A stretch of 64,000 nucleotides of DNA from Hormiphora californensis (taxonomy: Eukaryota; Animalia; Ctenophora): contig CM035357.1 in NCBI GenBank assembly GCA_020137815.1, positions 4,154,001 to 4,218,000 on the forward strand, read 5' to 3'. Positions 41,578 to 54,200 of the stretch are shown here, one piece after another (the first letter of the stretch is position 1; the number at the start of each line of letters is the position of its first letter). Below the pieces are notes generated by a model. The model was not told the DNA's origin, made no database searches, and was given only the letters and a program-made list of their open reading frames with translations. The position numbers were made by a program, and so were the translations under genes.

Positions 41578-41617
41578 CAGTCGGACCCCGACTTACCGGT
41601 AAATCGGGGTCTGACTG
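41578..41617. mobile_element. Minimal 40-bp TIR-only derivative of the CAGTCGGACCCC family
   Basis: TA|CAGTCGGACCCCGACTTACCGGTAAATCGGGGTCTGACTG|TA. Confidence 0.75.
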
Positions 41618-42357
41618 TACCATTGTTTTAATTTAGAACAGTGTTTTACAAGGTTACGGCTACACTGTAAATTACTTTCACCTAAACCGTCCAAGAGAGT
41701 TATTTTTAGTTGAGTTTAAATGTTATCGATTTAAAAAAGTTAATTTGAAATAAACTCGTTTCAAGCATTATCAAACTATGGGCTACAGACTCAACATTGG
41801 TTTTAGTTGTAAAAATCTTAATTAGATTTAAAAAACCTATAGTCTGTAGCCCATATATAATGGACATGGTGTGGTCAACAGAAGCGTGGCCGGTAGAGAC
41901 GGTTAGGCGCTGACCCTTTCTCATGCTCTTTGAGTGGAGTGATGAGAGTGCGTCACTCTAACAGGGTAGCTTCCTTATTAACAGTAAAAACACCGCGGAG
42001 TTGGCCGACGGCCGTGTACCCCAATTTGACAGTGCGCTCAGACATGGGGTCGCGGCGCCAGACAGATTTGGCCAGAATTGGTGTCAGTGCGATATACATG
42101 ACCAGTGACCACTCTCCTCGCTCCTGAGCTGTCAGAGCATTGGCGCGAGAACTGTGGTCAGAGCATTGGCCTGACAGCTCCTGAGTGAAGCATATACGGA
42201 AAAGGGTCAGCGTGATGGCTGACAGGCCAGGGTTTATGCACTTCGTGCCCACGATCGTAGCTATATGAGCTGCTCTTTAAGTAGTACCAGCTGAAAACCA
42301 CGTGACTGTCTGTCAGTGCATGGCTGGTGGCGCCTGGTACGAAGATCAGGGGAAAAC

Positions 42358-42518
42358 ACGTGCCTGAACTTCAGGTTTAGGCCACGGCTATTTTCGACTG
42401 AGACATGAGATCTGAGGTTTCAGTGACGGCTATTCCCTGAATGGCCGTTACTGAAACCTGAGATCTCAGGTCTCAGTGAAAAATAGCTGTCGCTTAAACC
42501 TAATCGGTTCAGGCACGA
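42358..42518. repeat. Degenerate ~160-bp inverted repeat (old MITE)
   Basis: CGTGCCTGAAC...GTTCAGGCACG, with paired internal CTGAGAC/GAGATCT segments. Confidence 0.6.
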
Positions 42519-44665
42519 CTGGTTTTCTCCATTGGCAGCTCAGTTAAACCAATTCTGGCCCAAAGAGGGGTGCAAAGATAAAGGGGAAGTTTCAAATCAT
42601 GATTTTAAAACAAATCTTTATGACTAACTAGCTTAAAGGAAGTAATTTTGATAGTAATTAATGATTAACTAGCTTAAAGGAAGTCATTTTGATAGTAATT
42701 TTGATATCTCCTTCTGGTGATCTTCCCTATTTAATTCTTGCTCTGAACTCATTATTCAGGATTAACTAGCTTACTAATAGCCATGTTGTGATTAGTCCAA
42801 GGGTCGAACTCCAATATTTTAGGGGTTAAACAGTCGAGTGGTTTAACTCGCTGTCACGCTGATCTCAATGGCATTGGAAATTCCTGCAAGAGATCTTCCT
42901 TTTTAGGGAAAAACGCAGTGCACAGACTCGAAATTGGATGATCTGGGACGGCTCTAACATTGGAAAACTCATTAGTTACAAGGATTCCTAAAAAGTCATT
43001 ATCAGAGGGGTAAACAGCTGTCAGGACAATGCTCTGACCTCAGTTCTCGCGAAGAAATGAGAATATGGTCAGGCCAATTTGCTCTGACAGCTGAGCAGTG
43101 AGCACTAGCCTAGCCACAATTGTATGCAAGTCTGTCAAAATAATAATAGTGCTGCTGCAGCAGAATTGTGACAAATTGAGGGTATTTATATCTTAGCAAA
43201 AGTAGTACTATTATAGTAGTAAGATTCTTACAGAAGAGTAGTATAGTACTACTTTTCCTTTCTATCAATCAAGAACATTAATCATTGCATTGATCTAGGG
43301 AGTTGATACTGCATTAGTCAAATTATTGAGCAATTCAACTTTAAGAAGGAGAGAAGAACGCTACCTTAAAAGTAAAAGCAACACCGCGGAAGCAGACAAG
43401 GCGGGGAAGAGCGATCAGATGTTATCACTGCACAGAAAATTGCCATGGCCAGGAAGAGAGACAAGCTTGTACAAGGCAGGGTTGGATCTAAAACGATCAA
43501 GACAGCTACATATGGTTATCACATGGTTATACCATAACTAATATCCTGCTCATATTATATACCTCATCCTGGGTGGTGACTGGTGGACCACCACCCAGGA
43601 TGGTCCCAAAACTTGTTGAGTAAGGGGTGGACCCCTCTCGGCTCTCACCCCTTACTTAACAACCCAGAACCGTTCCTGTTTAATAAACAGTGTTTATGAA
43701 CGTTTCCAAAAAGAAGTAATGGGGGTTATGTGTTTGCACTGCTTCCAAAAAGAGCGTTTGTGAAAGGTTCTTTGTCACGTTTTTTCGGCGGATTTTGTAA
43801 TGCAGTAAACTTACTTTTGGTAGTAAAACTAAGCTGCTTTAATTCCACCTGCTAGCAGAAGCTATGCTACACGATATTTTCAAATATTTGTGAGTTAGCA
43901 CCACTGCCGCGAGGGATCACAGTCTCATCTTTTAGCACCGGCCAAATCCATTAATTAATTACCCCGGCCCCATGGGCAGGACCCCTACGTGTCACTTTGA
44001 TCCCTGGCCAAGACCCAATATCGGCATGTGTATCTCTATCAGTGTTGCGTCACGTACTCTAGATCAGGGGGATATAGTCGCCACCGAGCTACACCATGTA
44101 TATATCAGCTCTCTGACCCCCCTCCCCCCCTCTCGCCCCGATATTGATATGCTCGCACAAAGTACACACACTGCGGCTACATCCGGTTCACTGAGGTGGT
44201 GTCTGTAATTTTATCGTCCTGTTGTTGAGTGGATTGTGTTTGTGTGCGAGTTTTGTTTTTTCGATGGAATAATCTTCCGATAGGAAGACACACGGTTTAG
44301 AGATGTATCTCGATTACGATATCAATGGAATTGTGGAATCAAGATTATAGTTCCAATATTTTCCATCAAGCGTTCTGCACATGATTGGCATTGGAAGCTG
44401 CACAATCCGATTACGGGGGTTTCCAAAAATAGCTCATTCAGTTCTGTAGTGGGCCCTGCCATCTCCTTTCTTCTATTTTCACCCCTTGTTAGTGTTACGT
44501 TCAATGGTTTTTCCAATCGTACTATACTACTTAAAGTTAAATACTGTATTGTGTACAGTTCATCTATTTTTAGACAAAACTTAAAGAAAATTGTTATAAA
44601 ATCTCCTATTAATAGTGGTATAGTGAAATGGAATGAAAGTTGTTGATTCGGTCAAGGAGTGTAAC

Positions 44666-46325
44666 ATGGGCATACTTTTATCGTGCATTTATACGCCGCC
44701 AAAGGTGAGTTTTATTTGTTACTTATACTCAACAAAGTTCTACCGAATCTTTTAAAAACGATCCAATCTTGTCTAGTCTTGTCTGGTCTCCATCTCGATT
44801 CTTGGTACTGCATATAAGCTTTTCCCTTGGACGATCCAAGAGAGAAATAGACAAGTTTTGACATGCGGAGGGATCAATTTGATCTGAGAAAAGTTGGTTC
44901 TGCCTGTCAGAGTTTGTCAGTTCTGCCTGTCAGAGTTTGGCACCAATTCCAAAGCTGAACTTTCACTTCATACAACCAGCTACCTAGATAGAGAGAAAAC
45001 TGCCTAACCATGCCATGCTGAGTTCTCCAATCTCCAAGTACAATGTTTACTGACACTATCAGTGAATCTTCAAACCCCTATACTATAGGCCCTATAGGGC
45101 CTATAGGGCCGGGCTCCCGACCCCTGCCTCAATATACCGAACAAAAATAGGTTCCATTCGTGGAACCTAATCTAGGCCACGATCTCTAATCTTTTATCCC
45201 TAGCCATGTGGCTGTTCAGTGTTCATGCAAATGAGCTCATTTTAATTTCCCTCCTTGTTATGTACTACTGGCTACTGCAGCAGCTCTGGGTAGTAGTAGT
45301 GCAGTAGTACCCGATCCCCCCTCTCTCACGTATCGGTCCACCCTCCAGCACTCTGTCTCTGATCTTTCTTTCAGCTTTCTCTCTGTCTCTCTCTGTCTCT
45401 CTCTGTCTCTTTCTCTTTCTCCCTAGTTAAGCGTCATCCTACTGGGGGTGGCCGATTCTACCACCCTTTCTAATGGAAATGTATTAGGATATGTGATCCC
45501 CCAGTAGCTAATTTAACTCCCACTCCCAGGACGTTATAGATCCAGTTGTTTCTGAAAATAGGATCTGTATCATAACAGTTAACGCAGAGGCTGAGGAAGT
45601 TGCTGCCCTCCAATCGATCCTGGAGAAACATGAAATCATAGGGGATGATGTCAAGGTCCATGTGATCGAGGACAACTGTCACAAGGGCAGGATGAGTGCG
45701 TATGTGGAGGAGATCAGTGGGGGAGACGAGCTGCCATTTGTAACGTGTAATGGGGAGCCCCTGGGAGCTTATAGCCAGATAATGGCCATGGCCGATACTG
45801 GGGATCTTTACAAAGCTATTCATGGGAAGGTAAGTGCAGCTTTTGGAAAGTGCCATTGGGGGAAATCAGTCTTTCCTTCAGGCACGACTGATTTCACCCA
45901 GTGCCTTTTAGTCTAGAAATTGGTTATATTTTGATTACTTAATAATGTGCATGTATTTTAACACTCGTTCTATTCAAGGAGAAAGAAAAAGAGCCAGAGC
46001 AAAATGTTAAACCCGAGAGGAAAACTAGTGTCTTAGGATTCTTTGGTACGTGTTCATTTCTCTTCGAACCTTTTACCAGTTCTATAATTCATACCTTTTA
46101 CGTTACCAATGAATAATTGTGGTTTAACTTTAAAGACGCCCTGTATATCATGGTAGGGTGATTCATTTCGAGGAGAGACTCCAATTTTATATCAACAACA
46201 TTTAATTTCAAACTAATTTCATTTCAGACGGAGGTAATGATAAGAGTAAGAAGAAGAGCAGTAGCACGAAAAAGAGGAAGAATACGAATACTGACGCCTC
46301 ATCCGTCGCTTCCTCCAAAAAATAA
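44666..46325 (+). CDS. 167-aa putative N-acylated glutaredoxin-like protein without a CxxC active site
   Basis: Exons 44666-44704 (MGILLSCIYTPPK), 45530-45829 (DVIDPVVSENRICIITVNAEAEEVAALQSILEKH...YVEEISGGDELPFVTCNGEPLGAYSQIMAMADTGDLYKAIHGK), 45979-46045 and 46228-46325 (DGGNDKSKKKSSSTKKRK...KK*). Junctions are GT-AG with phases 0,0,1, and AATAAA follows at ~46421. By eye the spacing matches the Grx fold (G-x-x-[TVL]-P, NG-x-x-[IL]-G, GxL). Confidence 0.75.
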
Positions 46326-47173
46326 CAACTTTGCTCAATATTGGACACTTTTTTGGGAAACTGTAATTGGACAGATGAGATCTGGATTTATTGCCCGATT
46401 TTATTTGATACTTTGTTAAAAATAAATTGCTAAACAGGGAGCTAAAGTTGAACAAAATCATTTGAATTTTAGACAAACTTTTGGAATTTACTGAAACAAT
46501 TATATTTGGTCCTTGAATATCGATCGAACTTTATCTACATGCTTATTTCTTTGGGTATCTGTGTTAAATTGACATGAAAATTTCAAGATGCATTGGATAT
46601 GTATATCTGATTGTTTGATATATGGTATGGTTAGATTTTGTAAATATCCAATTATTACAGTATGTTATCTGACGAGTTTTATTGGTGTTGCAAATATTTG
46701 AAGATCCCGATATGGGATATAATTTATATTATAAAGATATACTTTATATTATAAAGAACTTGTGGCTGCACTTTCAGGCAGATCGTACTGACCCTTTCTC
46801 GTGGGAAGAGCGCCTGGTTTTAAATCATCCATCGCTCTGACAGTGGTTACTGCAGCAAAATAATATTATTTTCTCACGGTAAAAACTCGAGACGTTTACT
46901 GTTAAATAGACCAGTATGATTAACCTATCCTGACAATCATATAAAAGCGTTCTCAGCTTCCTGAATTCTTGGAATTACAACTTGTTCGATTATAAAATTT
47001 TTGAAATGAATTCTGCAGAAAAGATCAACTCCTAACCCCTATTTTATTGAATCCCCCATTCTGCGACGTTTTTGATGCTTGCTGATTGGTTTATGGTCAC
47101 GTGCCAGGTGCCTGGGATCGGAGATTCTGTAGATTGAAAGAGGGCGAGAGAGAGAGGGTGAGAGAGGGCGAGA

Positions 47174-47211
<38 letters not shown>

Positions 47212-47397
47212 GAGAGAGATGGTGAGAGAGATGGTGAGAGAGATGGCGTGAGAGAAAGAGAAGCGGAGCCTCAGCTATTATCTTCTATAGTTCCAGCATA
47301 TATAATAAGAATACATCTCTGGCGGCGCCTTGTTATTGTGAACCTCGTGCCGCTTCTGCTTTCGGGCAGACGGCCGTGCACCCCAATGGGGTCTGAA

Positions 47398-47502
47398 CAG
47401 GAACCGACCGACACAAGTAAACAACCAATCATGCACTCGTTATTTAGGTGACTGGTTATCAACCAATCAGGGACCTGTATTTCCTGATTCGGTCGGTTCC
47501 TG
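47398..47502. mobile_element. hAT-like MITE, copy 3
   Basis: Same TIRs; perfect TSD GGTCTGAA. Confidence 0.9.
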
Positions 47503-47817
47503 GGTCTGAATTAAAGGACCGGCCTAAGACCGAGTAGCATCCAGAGGAGAAACACTTTAGCTCACACGTCACGCACGTAGCACCTGGCCTTCACTATCCC
47601 TCTACCTCTAATTCCCTTTCTCTATCCCTCTAACTCCCTTTCTCTATCTCAATCTCTCTTTCTCTCGCTAACTCCCTGTCTCCCTCTTTGATAGTGAGTG
47701 GCCTCTACGGTTCGGTATACTCTAAACGGGTTAAGCGTGTCAATCAAACTAACGTACAGCTCAGTAGTCTCGGTGACGGTGAGAAACATTGTGGTGGTGA
47801 CCTGTCTACTTTCACTA

Positions 47818-47977
<160 letters not shown>

Positions 47978-48214
47978 CCTCCCTCCCTCTCTTTGTTTGT
48001 GTTTCCATCACTATATTCCTTGTCATCCTCGACTCTCTACTCACAATCTCTCGCTCTTATCCCACCAACAGGTGCTCCACTTTAGAGGGGAGGGAGGGGG
48101 CAGTTAGTGAAGTACGATGATCACGTGGCTAACACCTAAATAGATGACCACCTCGAGACAACAGCTCTCCACTGCTTTCTCCGTCTCCATTTCTCTCGCA
48201 GCTCACTTTGAAGT

Positions 48215-51200
48215 ATGAAAGTTGTTGCGGCTCTGTTCCTTCTCGCGGCCAGCCAGGTAAACGAACAGATAAACAGAAAGACAGACTGACAAACAAACAA
48301 ACAAACAAACAGACAGACATACTTTGTGAATTGGAGACAAACATACTTCTGAGTGAGTCGATTCAAATTTGAGTCGACTCACTCAGAAGTATGTTTGTCT
48401 CCAATTCATTAAGTTTGATCAAATCCGGGAACGCAGGAGTTAGTGGCGACAGTACTGCAAACGGATAGACAAGGACAGACACGGATATGACAGATAATGA
48501 CAGACAATGACAGACAAACTGACACAGTGACAGACACGGATATGACAGATAATGACAGACAATGACAGACAAACTGACACAGTGACAGACACGGACATGA
48601 CAGACAATGACAGACAATGACAGACAAACTAACACAATGACAGACATGGACATGACAATGACAATGACAGATATTGACAGACAAACTGACAAAGTGACAG
48701 ACTATGACAGACACGGGCATGACACGGACAATGACAAACATGAGACAAGGACAAAGGATTCCTTGAAGTTGAAGGGATCCGAATAGTATAGACAAAAACA
48801 CACAGACAGACAGTCAAATAAACAAACAGACAAATTACAAACGGACAGTAACATTTTGCTCCCTCTCCAGGTCCTGGCCAGCCACACAACTCTGGATGAT
48901 ATAGATAACCTAGCCGAGGGTGCTCCTTGTCCAAAAGGTAACTACCAAAGAAGTACCACTTGAGCCAGGCGCCTTCGGGGTGCAGTGCGAGGTACAGTCG
49001 AACCAAACCAAACCAAACCAAAGAAGAGTCTCAAAATGAGTTTTACAAAATAGAATACACACTAAATTAAAACATTAGGTTTAATAATTGTGAAGTCCTC
49101 CACGGGTCGAGAGCTTCTAGTATCCTCCTGCGGCGACCTACTGTCCGTATCCACCAGCGGCGACCTGCTGTCCGTATCCTCCGGCGGCGACCTGTCCTCC
49201 GTATCCTCCAGCGGCGACCTGCTGTCCGTATCCTCCAGCGGCGACCTGTCCACCGTATCCGGCGACCTGCTGCCCGTATGCGACCTGCTGTCCATATCCA
49301 CCATAGGCAGCACCTCCAGCTCCCTGGACCACGACGATCTCCTTGCCTTCATAGGGATCAGCAGCCTCGACAGTCTCTCCATCAGTAGTTACCTTGACCA
49401 GCTTGTACCGGATGATGTTCTGTTCGGGCTGTTGGGCGGCCTGGATAACACCAACAACACCGAGTCCACCAAATCCAGCTCCGGCAACCTGGCCACCGTA
49501 TCCAGCCTGGGCACCATATCCACCCTGGGCACCCCATCCAATCTGGGCTCCTCCGTATCCACCCTGGGCACCGTATCCACCCTGGGCACCCCATCCAATC
49601 TGGGCTCCTCCGTATCCACCCTGGGCTCCTCCGTATCCAGTCTGGACTCCGGGAATGGGAGCGAAGCCTTGAGCGGCCCACGGGTTGTATCCTCCGTTCT
49701 GGACACCACCACCATATCCTCCTCCGTTCTGGACACCACCACCATATCCTCCACCGTACACATTTCCATTGTCAGTACCCACGGTAGCCTTCTCCTTCTT
49801 GTTGTATTTCAGCTCACCAACCTAAAAGGGGGTTAAAATGGGATTAGATATCAATATAAAAATACCGGTCTCCCATGGGGGGGGAGAAGATTAATAAATA
49901 ACTGCATTGATTAAAATTGATTAAATTGGGTTCACCCACCTCGGCATTGTCATTGTCCTCTGTGCTCGGCTCCTCGGTCTCGATGACAGGAATAGCGAGG
50001 GTCAGGGAAAGGAGGGTCAGGAACAAGATGCTCTTCATTGTGGTGATGATAGAGAGATGGATAATAGTGAGGATTTCTCGGAAGGATGGGGATGATTTAT
50101 ACTGAGTGGTGGGTGTGGGGATAGACTAAACATGGTGTAGGTTCAGTCAAAACAAAAGTGCTAATAGCATGACGTGGTTTTCTAAACGCACGTCACATCA
50201 CCCGGTTTCAGCTTTAAATTTTGAATAAATCATAGCAATGTTATTATAGGCCATATAAACAATATAGGCCATAACAATATAGGACATCTAGCATTCTCTA
50301 AATTCAGAATATCAAAAAGTCTAACAAATCATTACACCCCCAGGTTCTTTCTCCATTCTCTAAAAGTCTAACGAATCATCCCCAGGTTCTTTCTCCATTC
50401 TCTAAAAGTCTAACGAATCATCCCCAGGTTCTTTCTCCATTCTCTAAAAGTCTACCAAATCATCCCAGGTTCGTTCTCCTTTCTCTAAAAGTCTAACAAA
50501 TCATGCTCCAGGTTCGTTCTCCTTTACCGGAACCCATGATCCCAACGGAGAGGGAGCTTGTGAGCTGTGCTACTCTGGAGAATACAGCTCTGTGGAGGGT
50601 GCCCTTGAGTTTTGTGAGATGTGCCCCGCTGGACAAACCTCTCTTGAAGGTAAGATAAGAGAGTTTGAAATGGGGGGGGGGGGGTGCCCCGCTGGACAAA
50701 CCTCCCTTGTTGGTGACATAGACACCGTGCGCGACCAAGATTGAGCTCACACACAGGTGTCTGCTCCGCCTCAAAAAGAGTCGTTTCTTTCAAGGGATGT
50801 TGCACGCGATCCACTGGACCGATTTGCATCCGGTTTGTCGCAAAAGACTACAAATGATCCTAACATACTGGAAAATAGCCGAGAAGTTTGTCTGTCAACA
50901 GGAAGTGGGTCAAAATTGACACTGAAGTCAAACCTATAATCTGGCTTCCGAGAGTTTCTGCACTACGCCCATGCGATTTAGAAGATATTGGGAGATATGT
51001 TGATGCAATTAGCATCAGCTATTAATGCCGGGTATTTTCCAGTACTCACAAGAGTTCAACCTATCTTCTGATACCCTCAGATTCATTCTACACCGTCTGC
51101 AGGGAGTGGTGCAAAAAGGCTCGGAAGCCAGATTATAGATTTGACTTCAGTGTCAATTTTGACCCACTTCCTGTTGACAGACAAACTTCTCGGGTATTTT

Positions 51201-54200
51201 CCAGTAAACTAGAACCAATTTGTAGTCTTTTGCGACAAACCGGATGCAAATCGGTCCAGTGGATCACGTGCAATTTGGCTTGAAAGACACGACCCTTTTT
51301 TAGGGGGCGGAGCGGACATGCCTATGTGCGAGCTCGATCTCGGTCGCTGTGCGACCTCGATCTCGCACGCACTAGGTGTCTATGTCACCAACCTCCCTTG
51401 AAGGTACATATTGAGAGAGAAGAGAATTAGAAATGGGGGGGGGGGTGCCCCCCTGGACAAAACTCTCTTGAAGGTAAGAGAAGAGAGTTTGAAATGGGGG
51501 GGGGGGGTGCCCCTCTGGACAAACCTCCCTTGAAGGTAAGAGAAGAGAGTTTGAAATGGGGGGGGGGGTTGCCCCTCTGGACAAATCTCCCTTGAAGGTT
51601 GTCATACACTGACTTAACTGTACACCGCACGTGTGAAAGAGGACGGTCTTATATGAGACAACTTGAAGGTAGGTATTGAGAGAGAAGAGAGTTAGAAATG
51701 GGGGCCCCGGGGGGGGGGGGGGGTGCGCCGCTGGATAAACCTCTCTTGAAGGTACGTATTGAGAGGAGACAATTAGAAATGGGGGTAGGCTTGAGATGTT
51801 GGGCACTGGTCTTTTTGTAGGACATAATATGACAGACTGATCGACTTTAAGACACTTTTCTCTCTCAACCCGGCCAAAATGAATCCCTGCATTTCGTTAA
51901 GAACAAGGGCTTGCCACGTCAAGAAACCTATATTCTTATCAGCTGCAGAACATGCAACAAGCGCTAGTTTTTTCTTAGAGCAAGCTGATAAAAATAGGAT
52001 ACCTAGATTTTGTATGGTTTATTGTTATCTTGAAAACTTTTACTTGCATCTATAGTCTAATCGCGTCATATATAATTTAACCGGAACTTTGATAAGACTT
52101 ACTAGGCCTGGGTAAAATTCGAAATAAAAGCTGATTTATTATTTTAACTCTAAAAATGGTTTGTCTCGGCTTTTTGTTTCTAGTCGTGCTTTCCATAGAT
52201 GCGTCCATTGTAACTGACAATGAAGTCAAAACCTGCTCGGAGACAACCGGTAAAACACCAATTAATAGGGGTTTTTATACGATACGAAGAGTGTGATTTA
52301 TTATCGCGCAGTTGCTGATTGAAAACTGTTTTGAACAACACGTCCTAGCAACACCCTAACAACACCCCTAGGTGCCTGGGGTTGTGATAACTGTGCCGCT
52401 GGAACCATTGCCCCTAACAACACCCTAACAACACCCTAACAACACGATTATAACAACACTGCACCCTAACAACTCCCCCTAGGTGCCTGAGGTTGTGATA
52501 ACTGTGCTGCTGGAACCATTGTCCATAACAACACCCTAACAACACCCCCTAGGTGCCTGGGGTTGTGATAACTGTGCCGCTGGAACCATTGCCCCTGATG
52601 AGGGTATGGGAGAGTGTGATCAGTGTCCTGAGGGAATGTACAGTGAGGAAGGGTGCTAGCATCTGTTCTAACTGCCTCGCTGGCTTCTACCAGGTACGTA
52701 CCAGTTAGCATATATCTGCTGTCAGAGTGTGCCCTGAGAAAGAGAGAGGCACTGTCTCAGTACCAGCTAATTAGTATTTCGAGCTTCAGTACGACAGTGG
52801 ACAGTGCAGAGAGTATCAATTTAAAACTCTTAAACACATATAGCAACCCGATTCCAGGACGAAGCTGGTAGTGGAAGCTGCAAATCGTGCCCTGCTGGCC
52901 AGTACTCCCAGACAGATGCCTCCAAGTCTTGTGAGACATGCCCCGCTGGACAGAGCTGCCCTGAGCAGAGCAGTGACCCTACCGCCTGTACCGACTGTCA
53001 GGTTAGTGTTGGGGGGGAGGGGTTCAGGGTGTTGTCAGGCTGTTTTTAGGGTGTTTTTAGGGTGTTGGTAGGGTCTGGTATAACTGCAGGCTAGGTCGGT
53101 AGTATATACGAACATTCGTGTGAATTACCATGTCTCCATATGAGATATTAACAATTCTAACGAGTTAAATTATAATATTTCACTGATATTTCATCCTATA
53201 ATTCCAGCCTGGCCACTTCTCCGCTGCTGGAAGTGCTTGTAACGAGTGTCCTGTAGAGACTTACCAAGATGATGCCGGTGCTAGCGAGTGCAAACCCTGC
53301 CCTACCAACACCGATCAGACAGGTATAATAATGGATAGGTACTCGGTTCTATGAATGTCATAATTTTGTTTCCAGGTCCTGGGAGGACTATCGGTTTAAC
53401 TTTATCCCCAATTCCCCATTCCCCATCCTGATCCAAAGCTTCATAATACTGATCTGTATATGATATCCCAGGTGCTACCGTGTGCAAGGTTTCCTGCCCC
53501 GCTGGTCAGACTGAGATCGATGGAGTGTGTACTGACTGCCCTGTTGGTACCTTTGAGAACGGTGGATCCTGTGTGCCTTGTGCCGCTGGAACTTACAGTG
53601 CCCTTACCGGTTAGTGGCTATAGTACAGTCGGACCCCAATTTAGTGGCATCCTCGGGGGAAAAATCCTGCCACTAAATCGGGGTGCCACTAAATCGGGTT
53701 CAAATAATGTTAATGGCTAGTAGTTGTTACTGGTTGTTAGTGGTTGTTAGTGGCTTTTAGTGGCTCTCATTCTGTGAGGGTTCGGTAGAGTGTGTACGTG
53801 TAGTGTGTTGGGTTAGTAATAATATCTTCCTGCTTTTTTGTTATGTCTGTGGTATGTCATGAGCAATCTGAAAGTCAGCAATTCTAGAAACATCCTGAAT
53901 GACTTACACGACATCAGAGGTGCAGATATCTGATACGATATAGGTTATAGCGTGCCAAACTCTGACCCGCGGTAGGGCAGAACAACATTGCAACCTCATC
54001 ATATTGTCTAGAGCAAGAACATGTTCAATCTAGACATGATATGACGGCATTGTAGCTTATTACATGTAATCACTAATCACTAATCACTAATCACTAATCA
54101 CTAATCACTATAATCACTAATCACTAATTACACTAATCACTAATCATTAATCACTAATCACTAATCACTAATCACTAATCACTAATCACTAATCACTAAT

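Noticed and set aside
48938-48991. In-frame TGA at 48961 as selenocysteine or a pseudogene lesion
   Set aside because: The donor AAG|GTAACT at 48937/48938 gives a phase-1 join producing CPKG-SFSFTG, so the TGA is intronic.
49090-49836. 248-aa Ser-rich ORF on the + strand
   Set aside because: Antisense shadow of the Gly-rich gene, which has the signal peptide, splice sites and TATA box.
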